This document shows, piece by piece, positions 47,731 through 61,000 of a stretch of 64,000 bases of DNA. The first letter of the stretch is position 1; every line of letters begins with the position of its first letter. The notes below the pieces were generated by a model that saw nothing but the letters and a program-made list of their open reading frames with translations, was not told where the DNA came from and did no database searches. The DNA is taken from assembly GCF_046119375.1 (NCBI RefSeq), contig NW_027362763.1, forward strand, positions 236,716,001-236,780,000, given 5' to 3'. The DNA is from Phyllobates terribilis (Eukaryota). The translations under genes were made by a program, and so were the position numbers.

Positions 47731-49489
47731 ATAGATTGCAATCTATAAGAGTGTCCGGGAACCTTCCCACACACTTTTCTTTGCCAAGGATGCTTCTCGG
47801 CAGGGTTGGACTGGCCCACCAGAGAATTGGAGACTCCTCCGGTGGGCCTTGGCTTCTCCATCAGGAGAGTTCATAGCACAAACCTTGCAGGTTGTGATGA
47901 TGATGGGCCATCCATCTCCTTAGTTTTCTATTACTTGGAATGCAAGTGCAAGAATGCAGCCAGCCACCCACCCACAGGCTTCAATACTAAACTGCCACAT
48001 TTCTGGACAGCTGCTTGCACTTGAAATGTTGCCTTTTAGGCTCGTGGAGGCGGAAGCTTTTCACAACCTCATGACGGCAACCGGGTCTCCATATTCGTTC
48101 CCCAGCCACCATTATTTGTCCCGGTGTTGTCCTTGCCTCCCACAAGCACGAGTCCCAGAACATTACCTGTGCCCTCCCCAGTGAACTTAGTGGGAAGGAC
48201 AGCCTAACCACAAACACGTGGACAAGTGAATGTGGCCAGGGATGGTACATCTCACTGGAGCCAGGCCACAGTAAAAAAGCAGACATAAAGTGTCAGGGAA
48301 CCTTCCTACAGACTTTTCTTAGCTTCTTGGCAGTATTGGACGAACCCACCAGAGTACTGGAGACTCCTCCGGTGGGCCATGGCTTCTCCTTCAGGAGAGT
48401 TAATAGAGCAAACCTTGCAGCTGCTATGGGGCTTTTTAGCAGGGAAGAAAGGTGGTCCCTTTGAATCGAATCCTCTGGTGGGCCCAATGTTCTTTAGTCT
48501 GACACTGCTTCTTGGTGAGAGTTGTATTTCACCACAGCCATATTCTTTAACTCAGTGAAAGGACAGGCATAGAGGGAACCCTTATCTACTCTGGAAGTCA
48601 TTTCTCCAAGGAAGTCCTCTAATGCAGCTTGTTGCAAAAGAAATGGCAGCCTGTCCAACATCAGCTTGCACTTGTCGGTGGTGCTTCGACACACAAACAT
48701 CTTTCTTTGCGCCTTTAATTTCATGACTACAGAGTTCGGCAATGGCCTGTTCTGCAATGCGGTTTGAGAAATAACATGCATAAGCACGTCCAATCCACAT
48801 TAAAAAAGCAGCCATAGAGTGTCCAGGAACCTTCCCACACACATTTCTTAGCCAACGATGCTTCTCGGCAGGGTTGGACAGGCCCACCAGATAACCGGAG
48901 ACTCCTCTGGTGGGCCCTGGCTTCTCCTTCAGGAGAGTTCATAGTGCCGAGGTGAGACCTTGATGATGATAGAGGCCACCATCTTAGTTTTCTGTTACTT
49001 GGAATGCAAGCGCTAGTATGCAGCCAGCCACCCACCCACCGACAGGCCGCAATACTAAACTGCCAGATTTCTGGGCAGTTGCTTGCACTTGAAAAATGGC
49101 CTTTTAATCTCATGGAGGTGGATGCTTTTCACAACCTCATGCCAGCGGCGGCCGGGTGTCCATACTCAGTCCCCAGCAGCCACTATTTCTCCCGGTATCG
49201 TCTCCGCCTTCTACAATCGCGGGTCCCTGAACATTACTGCTGGTACTTTTCTGTGGGAATCTGCTTGCCTTCTACCAGCCTGAAGTATTTCCAGTAAACT
49301 ATGGTACAACGCCATGGAATTAGCACTACTCCCAGTACCAGCAGCAAAGCCATCCCCAATTTCCTTCTCAGGAATTTTATTTGGTAGGCTGATTGGCTGC
49401 CCAAATACATTAGTTTCTCACAAAGGAGCTGAAGATAGAGTGGCAGTAGGTGTAAGTTTCTCCAGCCTGTTAGATATCAGAGGATGAAC

Positions 49490-49612
49490 GGCAGCACATT
49501 GGATCAGTGGTTAGCACTGAAGCCTTGCAGCGCTGGGATCCTGGGTTCAAATCCCAGCAAGGACAACATCTGCAAGGATGTTGTATGTTCTCCCCGTGTT
49601 TGTGTGGGTTTC
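49490..49612 (+). mobile_element. tRNA-derived SINE head (V-SINE-like), 3'-truncated
   Basis: Box A TGGATCAGTGG and box B GGTTCAAATCC, then GTATGTTCTCCCCGTGTTTGTGTGGGTTTCC. Confidence 0.8.
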
Positions 49613-50644
49613 CACCTCTGTAAAAAAGCAGCCATAGAGTGTCCGGGAACCTTCCCACACACTTTTCTTAGTCAGGACTACTTCTCGGCAGGGTTGGATG
49701 GTCACACCAGAGGATCCTCTGGTGTGCCCTGGCTTCTCCCTCATTAGAGTTCATGATTGCGCGAACTTTGCAGCTGCTATGAGGCTCTTGAGGAGGGGAG
49801 AAAGGTGAGCCCTCAGAATCAAATCCTCTGGTGGGCCCAATGTTTTTCAATCTGAAACAGCTTCTCAGTGGGAGCTGTATTTCACCACAGCCATATTCTT
49901 TAGCTTGGTGAAAGGACTAGCATAGAGGGAAACTGTATCTACTACGGCTGTCATTTCTCCATTACCAGGTTCCGCCCATTGTCACACACGACCATGCCTG
50001 GCTGCATGTTCAGCAGTGAGAGCCACAGATCAGGCTGCTGTGTTACAGCTTTCAACAACTCTGCAGCGCTGGGCGGTTTGTCACCTAAGCATTAAGTATG
50101 TTATCTTCAGCGCAGCCTGTTGCCGCTTGGCCATGGCAGTGTTGCAGTGCTTTCAGCTTGTGATTGATGTGGTCATTTCGGAGATGGAGGAGGAGGTGCA
50201 GGAGCTGAACAATGTGATTACTATTCTTAAAAGGCCAGCATTCGGCCCTCCCTATTGTTAGAAAACCATCAGCCAGCTATGCTTTGTTGTTCCCATTATT
50301 AACGAGCCGGTGTCCTATTCTGATATTTCGTATGCAGTGACTGCAAGGGCTGCCAAAAATTCGGATTCAACCCAATACCCGTTTGTAGAGACATAGAGGA
50401 GGGTCTCAGTAAAAAAAATGTTCCCATTTTAAAGGAGCGGGTCTCCTATACTGTTATTGCGTATGCAATGACGGCAATGGCTGCCAAAAATTTGGACGCA
50501 ACCCAATACCCCTTTGAAGAGACATAGAGGAGGGTCTCAGTTAAAAAAATGTTCCCATTATAAAGGAGCAGGTCTCCTATAGTGGTAATGCCCATGCTGT
50601 GACTGCAAAGGCTGCCAAAATTTTGGAAAAACCCCACTAACAAT

Positions 50645-51900
50645 TTAACCCCTTTCTGGCTAGGGGTGTATTACCCCCGGTTCAGTGAGGGCTCCAGCGG
50701 TGAGCCTGCACTGAACCGAGCACATGTCAGCTGATTATTACAGCTGACATGTGCCCGCAACAGCCGCGGGTGGAATCGCGATCCACTTGCGGCTGTTAAC
50801 TAGTTAAATGCCGCTGACAATCTCTGACGGCGGAATTTAACCGCACCGTGCCTGAAGCGCTGCCTTAGCCCCGCCAATCAGTGACCCCGTTACATGATCG
50901 CGGGTCACTGATAGGTGGGCATGACAACCCTGGGTTTGCAGAAGACCCCAGTGGTAGTCATGTAAAGATCGCTATGAGAGCCACCTAGTGGTCGGCGCTC
51001 ATAGCACAGGAGCATTTCTGCTACATAGAGGTGATCTGTTCATCACCTCTCTGTAGCAGAGGCGATCAGTCAGTTGCTGCTTCTAGTCTCCTTTGGAGCC
51101 TATAGAAGCAAGCAAAAAGTGTAAAAAAAAATTTTTTAAATATTTAAAAAAAATTAAAAAATATAAAAGTTTAAATCACCACCCTTTTGCCCCATTCAAA
51201 ATAAAATAATAAAAAATAAACCCCACATACACATATTTGGTATGGCCACATTCAGAATCGCCCGATCTATCTATATAAAAATAGAATTAATCCGATCGGT
51301 AAGCGGCGTAACGAGAAAAATATTCCAAGCTCCAGAATTAAGTTTTTTTGGTCGACGCAACATTGCAATAAAATGAAATAACGGGCAATCAAAACATCAT
51401 ATCTACCCCAAAATAGTATCAGTAAAAACGTAAGCATGGCGCGCAAAAAATAAGCTCGCACCCGGCCCCCGAACCCGAAAAATGGAGACGCTACTGGTCT
51501 CGGAAAATGGCGCCATTTTTTTTTTTTTTTAGCAAACTTTGGATTTTTTTTTCACTACTTAAATAAAAAAAGACCTATACATGTTTGGTGTCTACGAACT
51601 CGTAATGGAGAATAACAGTGGCAGGTCAGTTTTAGCATCCAGTGAATGTGGAAAGAAAGAAAAAAAAAAACAACTGTGGAATTGCGTTTTTTTTGCAATT
51701 TCACCGCACTTGGATTTTTTTCTCGTTCTCCAGTACACAATATGGTAAAACTAGTAATGGCATTTAAAGGTACAATTCGTCCTGCAAAAAATATGGGCAG
51801 ATTGCCCAAAAAAAAAAAAAGACACTATGGCTCTGGGAACAAAAGGAGCAAAAAAAACAAAATGCAAAAACAGAAAATGCTCTGGTCATGAAGGGGTTAA
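50645..51900. mobile_element. Non-autonomous piggyBac-like element, related to 35282-38297 and in the opposite orientation
   Basis: TTAA-CCCCTT ... AAGGGG-TTAA ends. The left part resembles the reverse complement of 37960-38297. Confidence 0.7.
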
Positions 51901-52070
51901 AGACACATAGAGCAGGGCCACAGTAAGGAGTGCGACATGTTTCCAATAGAAAGAAGAGGGTGTGCTATACAGTTATAGGGTATGTAGTGAGTCCAACGGC
52001 TGACCAAATTTAGGAAAAATCCCAATAAGAATTTAAAGACACATAGAGCAGGCAGGGCCACAATAGCGAG

Positions 52071-55000
52071 TAGAGATGAGCGTTGTTCGACTCGAACTGT
52101 TCGCTAATCTCAAATTCAAGCTGTTTTGGGCGGTGTTCGAGCCGTTCGGCGAACACGAACGATTTGAGAAAAATTCGGCTGTTCGAGGTTATGTTCGATA
52201 ACTGTTCGTGCACCAAAATCATAACTGGATTTTTTCTCAGTAATGATGAAAATTAATGTTAATACGCAGTTTGAGTGTACAGCGGGGTGGGGGGAGGGGC
52301 AGGGGATGGATCTCTGCAGGAATAATGAAGATCTCCATTTTTTTTTCTCTTTCCCGCATTTACAGTGGGGAGGTGCAATCTGTCAGCCTATCAGCAGCGC
52401 ACACACGGAGCGAAGTGCTTTTTTTCACACAAGCAAGGGCATGTGTCATTGGCAGTGTATGTCACATGTCCTTGCCCTATAAGACCAAGCCATTTTCCCC
52501 GTCGCCACCATTTTCTCACTGCTGCAGCTGCGTGTTAGACGGCACCGCTGTTGCTGTGTGCGCTATACCTTGTTAATTTCAAGCCAATTTTCGCACAAAT
52601 CTACAGATAGCTTGGGAGTAGGGAATAGTTGTGATTGCAGTCCTTTTAAGGACTAGGTTACAGCATTTCCTACGACTTTTATCAGGCAGGTCTGTGCTCT
52701 TAAATAGATAGATTGTGGGAGTAAAGACTAATTGTAATTGCAGTCCTTTTCAGGACTAGGTTACATCAGTTCCTATCAGTTTTTGCCAGGCAGGTCTGTG
52801 CCACTGCTGTGCAAGTTTTTTTCACAGCATTTGGCTGAATCTAGCAAAGCTAATCCTTTTTGGCCTATTGCAGAGTGTGTTAGTCAGTGGAGTAGCCTAT
52901 CTGTGTTGCAAGATATACCACCTGTGTATAGAATACGAATTTTTTTACTGCACCTAGTGAAGTAAAATCTTTTGGGCATAGCATCATTCTATTAGTCCAT
53001 CTATACTGACCTCCATCAGGTTGCAAATTGAATATAATTTTTTTCTGCATCTAGCTCTGAAAAAATATTTGGGCTTCTAGCAGTGTGTGGGACTTGTTCT
53101 ACTAGTCCATCTATACTGACCTCCATCAGGTTGCAAACTGAATATAATTTTTTTCTGCATCTAGCTCTGAAAAAATATTTGGGCTTCTAGCAGTGTGTGG
53201 GACTTGTTCTATTAGTCCATCTATACTGACCTCCATCAGGTTGCAAACTGAATATAATTGTTTTCTGCATCTAGCTCTGAAAAAATATTTGGCCTTCTAG
53301 CAGTGTGTGGGACTTGTTCTATTAGTCCATCTATACTGACCTCCATCATGCTGCAAATTCAAAATCATTTTTTGTCTGCATCTAGCTCTGAAAAAATATT
53401 TGGCCTTCTAGCAGTGTGTGGGACTTTCTCTATTAGTCCATCTATACTGACCTCCATCAGGTTGCAAATTAAAAATAATTTTTATCTGCATCTACCTCTG
53501 AGAAAATATTTGGGCTTTTAGCTGTGTGTGGGACTTGTTCTATTAGACCATCTATACTGACCTCCATCAGGTTGCAAATTCAAAATAAATATTTGTCTGC
53601 ATCTAGCTCTGAAAAAATATTTGGCCTTCTAGCAGTGAGTGGGACTTTCTCTATTAGTCCATCTATACTGACCTCCATCAGGTTGCAAATTAAAAATAAT
53701 TTTTTGTCTGCATCTAGCTCTGAAAAAATATTTGGCCTTCTAGCAGTGTGTGGGACTTTCTCTATTAGTCCATCTATACTGACCTCCATCAGGGTGCAAA
53801 CTGAATATATTTTTTTTCTGTATCTCCCTCTGAAAAAATATTGGGCTTCTAGCTGTGTGTGGGACTTGTTCTATTAATCCATCTATACAGACCTCCATCA
53901 GGTTGCAAACTGAATATAATTTTTTTCTGCATCTACCTCTGAAAAAATATTTGGGCTTCTAGCTGTGTGTGGGACTTATTCTATTAGTCCATCTATACTG
54001 ACCTCCATCAGGTTGCAAACTGAATATAATTTTTTTCTGCATCTAGCTCTGAAAAAATATTTGGCCTTCTAGCAGTGTGTGGGACTTTCTCTATTAGTCC
54101 ATCTATACTGACCTCCATCAGGTTGCAAATTAAAAATAATTTATATCTGCATCTAGCTCTGAAAAAATATTTGGCCTTCTAGCAGTGTGTGGGACTTTCT
54201 CTATTAGTCCATCTATACTGACCTCCATCAGGATGCAAATTAAAAATAATTTTTTGTCTGCATCTAGCTCTGAAAAAATATTTGGCCTTCTAGCAGTGTG
54301 TGGGACTTTCTCTATTAGTCCATCTATACTGACCTCCATCAGGTTGCAAACTGAATATATTTTTTTTCTGCATCTACCTCTGAAAAAATATTTGGGCTTC
54401 TAGCTGTGTGTAGGACTTGTTCTATTAGTCCATCTATACTGACCTCCATCAGGTTGCAAACTGAATACAATTTTTTTCTGCATCTACCTCTGAAAAAATA
54501 TTGGGCTTCTAGCTGTGTGTGGGACTTGTTCTATTAATCCATCTATACAGACCTCCATCAGGTTGCAAACTGAATATAATTTTTATCTGCATCTACCTCT
54601 GAAAAAATATTTGGGCGTCTAGCTGTGTGTGGGACTTGTTCTATTAGTCCATCTATACTGACCTCCATCAGGTTGCAAACTGAATATAATTTTTTTCTGC
54701 ATCTAGCTCTGAAAAAATATTTGGCCTTCTAGCAGTGTGTGGGACTTTCTCTATTAGTCCATCTATACTGACCTCCATCAGGCTGCAAATTAAAAATAAT
54801 TTTTTTCTGCATCTACCTCTGAAAAAATATTTGGGCTTCTAGCTGTGTGTGGGACTTATTCTATTAGTCCATCTATACTGACCTCCATCAGGTTGCAAAC
54901 TGAATATAATTTTTTTCTGCATCTAGCTCTGAAAAAATATTTGGCCTTCTAGCAGTGTGTGGGACTTTCTCTATTAGTCCATCTATACTGACCTCCATCA

Positions 55001-58000
55001 GGTTGCAAATTAAAAATAATTTATATCTGCATCTAGCTCTGAAAAAATATTTGGCCTTCTAGCAGTGTGTGGGACTTTCTCTATTAGTCCATCTATACTG
55101 ACCTCCATCAGGATGCAAATTAAAAATAATTTTTTGTCTGCATCTAGCTCTGAAAAAATATTTGGCCTTCTAGCAGTGTGTGGGACTTTCTCTATTAGTC
55201 CATCTATACTGACCTCCATCAGGTTGCAAACTGAATATATTTTTTTTCTGCATCTACCTCTGAAAAAATATTTGGGCTTCTAGCTGTGTGTAGGACTTGT
55301 TCTATTAGTCCATCTATACTGACCTCCATCAGGTTGCAAACTGAATACAATTTTTTTCTGCATCTACCTCTGAAAAAATATTGGGCTTCTAGCTGTGTGT
55401 GGGACTTGTTCTATTAATCCATCTATACAGACCTCCATCAGGTTGCAAACTGAATATAATTTTTATCTGCATCTACCTCTGAAAAAATATTTGGGCGTCT
55501 AGCTGTGTGTGGGACTTGTTCTATTAGTCCATCTATACTGACCTCCATCAGGTTGCAAACTGAATATAATTTTTTTCTGCATCTAGCTCTGAAAAAATAT
55601 TTGGCCTTCTAGCAGTGTGTGGGACTTTCTCTATTAGTCCATCTATACTGACCTCCATCAGGCTGCAAATTAAAAATAATTTTTATCTGCATCTACCTCT
55701 GAAAAAATATTTGGCCTTCTAGCTGTGTGTGGGACTTATTCTATTAGTCCATCTATACTGACCTCCATCAGGTTGCAAACTGAATATAATTTTTTTCTGC
55801 ATCTAGCTCTGAAAAAATATTTGGCCTTCTAGCAGTGTGTGGGACTTTCTCTATTAGTCCATCTATACTGACCTCCATCAGGTTGCAAATTAAAAATAAT
55901 TTATATCTGCATCTAGCTCTGAAAAAATATTTGGCCTTCTAGCAGTGTGTGGGACTTTCTCTATTAGTCCATCTATACTGACCTCCATCAGGATGCAAAT
56001 TAAAAATAATTTTTTGTCTGCATCTAGCTCTGAAAAAATATTTGGCCTTCTAGCAGTGTGTGGGACTTTCTCTATTAGTCCATCTATACTGACCTCCATC
56101 AGGTTGCAAACTGAATATATTTTTTTTCTGCATCTACCTCTGAAAAAATATTTGGGCTTCTAGCTGTGTGTAGGACTTGTTCTATTAGTCCATCTATACT
56201 GACCTCCATCAGGTTGCAAACTGAATACAATTTTTTTCTGCATCTACCTCTGAAAAAATATTGGGCTTCTAGCTGTGTGTGGGACTTGTTCTATTAATCC
56301 ATCTATACAGACCTCCATCAGGTTGCAAACTGAATATAATTTTTATCTGCATCTACCTCTGAAAAAATATTTGGGCGTCTAGCTGTGTGTGGGACTTGTT
56401 CTATTAGTCCATCTATACTGACCTCCATCAGGTTGCAAACTGAATATAATTTTTTTCTGCATCTAGCTCTGAAAAAATATTTGGCCTTCTAGCAGTGTGT
56501 GGGACTTTCTCTATTAGTCCATCTATACTGACCTCCATCAGGTTGCAAATAAAAAATAATTTATATCTGCACCTAGCTCTGAAAAAATATTTGGCCTTCT
56601 AGCAGTGTGTGGGACTTTCTCTATTAGTCCATCTATACTGACCTCCATCAGGATGCAAATTAAAAATAATTTTTTGTCCACATCTAGCTCTGAAAAAATA
56701 TTTGGCCTTCTAGCAGTGTGTGGGACTTTCTCTATTAGTCCATCTATACTGACCTCCATCAGGTTGCAAATTCAAAATAATTTTTTGTCTGCATCTAGCT
56801 CTGAAAAAATATTTGGCCTTCTAGCAGTGTGTGGGACTTTCTCTATTAGTCCATCTATACTGACCTCCATCAGGCTGCAAATTAAAAATAATTTTTATCT
56901 GCATCTACCTCTGAAAAAATATTTGGCCTTCTAGCTGTGTGTGGGACTTATTCTATTAGTCCATCTATACTGACCTCCATCAGGTTGCAAACTGAATATA
57001 ATTTTTTTCTGCATCTAGCTCTGAAAAAATATTTGGCCTTCTAGCAGTGTGTGGGACTTTGTCTATTAGTCCATCTATACTGACCTCCATCAGGTTGCAA
57101 ATTAAAAATAATTTATATCTGCATCTAGCTCTGAAAAAATATTTGGCCTTCTAGCAGTGTGTGGGACTTTCTCTATTAGTCCATCTATACTGACCTCCAT
57201 CAGGTTGCAAATTCAAAATAATTTTTTGTCTGCATCTAGCTCTGAAAAAATATTTGGCCTTCTAGCAGTGTGTGGGACTTTCTCTATTAGTCCATCTATA
57301 CTGACCTCCATCAGGCTGCAAATTAAAAATAATTTTTATCTGCATCTACCTCTGAAAAAATATTTGGCCTTCTAGCTGTGTGTGGGACTTATTCTATTAG
57401 TCCATCTATACTGACCTCCATCAGGTTGCAAACTGAATATAATTTTTTTCTGCATCTACCTCTGAAAAAATATTTGGGCGTCTAGCTGTGTGTGGGACTT
57501 GTTCTATTAGTCCATCTATACTGACCTCCATCAGGTTGCAAACTGAATATAATTTTTTTCTGCATCTAGATCTGAAAAAATATTTGGCCTTCTAGCAGTG
57601 TGTGGGACTTTCTCTATTAGTCCATCTATACTGACCTCCATCAGGTTGCAAATTAAAAATAATTTATATCTGCACCTAGCTCTGAAAAAATATTTGGCCT
57701 TCTAGCAGTGTGTGGGACTTTCTCTATTAGTCCATCTATACTGACCTCCATCAGGTTGCAAATTAAAAATAATTTATATCTGCACCTAGCTCTGAAAAAA
57801 TATTTGGCCTTCTAGCAGTGTGTGGGACTTTCTCTATTAGTCCATCTATACTGACCTCCATCAGGTTGCAAATTAAAAATAATTTTTTGTCCACATCTAG
57901 CTCTGAAAAAATATTTGGCCTTCTAGCAGTGTGTGGGACTTTCTCTATTAGTCCATCTACACTGACCTCCATCAGGTTGCAAATTCAAAATAATTTTTTG

Positions 58001-61000
58001 TCTGCATCTAGCTCTGAAAAAATATTTGGCCTTCTAGCAGTGTGTGGGACTTTCTCTATTAGTCCATCTATACTGACCTCCATCAGGCTGCAAATTAAAA
58101 ATAATTTTTATCTGCATCTACCTCTGAAAAAATATTTGGCCTTCTAGCTGTGTGTGGGACTTATTCTATTAGTCCATCTATACTGACCTCCATCGGGTTG
58201 CAAACTGAATATAATTTTTTTCTGCATCTAGCTCTGAAAAAATATTTGGGCTTCTAGCAGTGTGTGGGACTTGTTCTATTAGTCCATCTATACTGACCTC
58301 CATCAGGTTGCAAACTGAATATAATTGTTTTCTGCATCTAGCTCTGAAAAAATATTTGGCCTTCTAGCAGTGTGTGGGACTTGTTCTATTAGTCCATCTA
58401 TACTGACCTCCATCATGCTGCAAATTCAAAATAATTTTTTGTCTGCATCTAGCTCTGAAAAAATATTTGGCCTTCTAGCAGTGTGTGGGACTTTCTCTAT
58501 TAGTCCATCTATACTGACCTCCATCAGGTTGCAAATTAAAAATAATTTTTATCTGCATCTACCTCTGAGAAAATATTTGGGCTTTTAGCTGTGTGTGGGA
58601 CTTGTTCTATTAGACCATCTATACTGACCTCCATCAGGTTGAAAACTGAATATAATTTGTTTCTGCATCTAGCTCTGAAAAAATATTTGGCCTTCTAGCA
58701 GTGTGTGGGACTTTCTCTATTAGTGCATCTATACTGACCTCCATCAGGTTGCAAATTAAAAATAATTTTTATCTGCATCTAGCTCTGAAAAAATATTTGG
58801 CCTTCTAGCAGTGTGTGGGACTTTCTCTATTAGTCCATCTATACTGACCTCCATCAGGTTGCAAATTAAAAATAATTTTTTGTCTGCATCTAGCTCTGAA
58901 AAAATATTTGGCCTTCTAGCAGTGTGTGGGACTTTCTCTATTAGTCCATCTATACTGACCTCCATCAGGTTGCAAATTCAAAATAAATATTTGTCTGCAT
59001 CTAGCTCTGAAAAAATATTTGGCCTTCTAGCAGTGTGTGGGACTTTCTCTATTAGTCCATCTATACTGACCTCCATCAGGTTGCAAATTAAAAATAATTT
59101 TTTGTCTGCATCTAGCTCTGAAAAAATATTTGGCCTTCTAGCAGTGTGTGGGACTTTCTCTATTAGTCCATCTATACTGACCTCCATCAGGGTGCAAACT
59201 GAATATATTTTTTTTCTGCATCTACCTCTGAAAAAATATTGGGCTTCTAGCTGTGTGTGGGACTTGTTCTATTAATCCATCTATACAGACCTCCATCAGG
59301 TTGCAAACTGAATATAATTTTTTTCTGCATCTACCTCTGAAAAAATATTTGGGCTTCTAGCTGTGTGTGGGACTTATTCTATTAGTCCATCTATACTGAC
59401 CTCCATCAGGTTGCAAACTGAATATAATTTTTTTCTGCATCTAGCTCTGAAAAAATATTTGGCCTTCTAGCAGTGTGTGGGACTTTCTCTATTAGTCCAT
59501 CTATACTGACCTCCATCAGGTTGCAAATTAAAAATAATTTATATCTGCATCTAGCTCTGAAAAAATATTTGGCCTTCTAGCCGTGTGTGGGACTTTCTGT
59601 ATTAGTCCATCTATACTGACCTCCATCAGGAAGCAAATTAAAAATAATTTTTTGTCTGCATCTAGCTCTGAAAAAATATTTGGCCTTCTAGCAGTGTGTG
59701 GGACTTTCTCTATTAGTCCATCTATACTGACCTCCATCAGGTTGCAAACTGAATATATTTTTTTTCTGCATCTACCTCTGAAAAAATATTTGGGCTTCTA
59801 GCTGTGTGTAGGACTTGTTCTATTAGTCCATCTATACTGACCTCCATCAGGTTGCAAACTGAATACAATTTTTTTCTGCATCTACCTCTGAAAAAATATT
59901 GGGCTTCTAGCTGTGTGTGGGACTTGTTCTATTAATCCATCTATACAGACCTCCATCAGGTTGCAAACTGAATATAATTTTTATCTGCATCTACCTCTGA
60001 AAAAATATTTGGGCGTCTAGCTGTGTGTGGGACTTGTTCTATTAGTCCATCTATACTGACCTCCATCAGGTTGCAAACTGAATATAATTTTTTTCTGCAT
60101 CTAGCTCTGAAAAAATATTTGGCCTTCTAGCAGTGTGTGGGACTTTCTCTATTAGTCCATCTATACTGACCTCCATCAGGCTGCAAATTAAAAATAATTT
60201 TTATCTGCATCTACCTCTGAAAAAATATTTGGCCTTCTAGCTGTGTGTGGGACTTATTCTATTAGTCCATCTATACTGACCTCCATCAGGTTGCAAACTG
60301 AATATAATTTGTTTCTGCATCTAGCTCTGAAAAAATATTTGGCCTTCTAGCAGTGTGTGGGACTTTCTCTATTAGTCCATCTATACTGACCTCCATCAGG
60401 TTGCAAATTAAAAATAATTTATATCTGCATCTAGCTCTGAAAAAATATTTGGCCTTCTAGCAGTGTGTGGGACTTTCTCTATTAGTCCATCTATACTGAC
60501 CTCCATCAGGTTGCAAACTGAATATATTTTTTTTCTGCATCTACCTCTGAAAAAATATTTGGGCTTCTAGCTGTGTGTAGGACTTGTTCTATTAGTCCAT
60601 CTATACTGACCTCCATCAGGTTGCAAACTGAATACAATTTTTTTCTGCATCTACCTCTGAAAAAATATTGGGCTTCTAGCTGTGTGTGGGACTTGTTCTA
60701 TTAATCCATCTATACAGACCTCCATCAGGTTGCAAACTGAATATAATTTTTATCTGCATCTACCTCTGAAAAAATATTTGGGCGTCTAGCTGTGTGTGGG
60801 ACTTGTTCTATTAGTCCATCTATACTGACCTCCATCAGGTTGCAAACTGAATATAATTTTTTTCTGCATCTAGCTCTGAAAAAATATTTGGCCTTCTAGC
60901 AGTGTGTGGGACTTTCTCTATTAGTCCATCTATACTGACCTCCATCAGGCTGCAAATTAAAAATAATTTTTATCTGCATCTACCTCTGAAAAAATATTTG

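Larger units (their letters stand above)
46930..50250. repeat. Mosaic of reiterated modules, including hAT transposase pieces and a possible non-LTR ORF1-like piece
   Basis: Module GGAACCTTCCCACACACTTTTCT...GAGACTCCTCCGGTGGGCC at about 47750, 48290, 48820 and 49640. hAT piece LLALEMLPFRLVE at about 47990 and 49060. Confidence 0.7.

Noticed and set aside
49490-49570. Functional tRNA gene
   Set aside because: The A and B boxes lead into a SINE body, and the cloverleaf stems are not intact.
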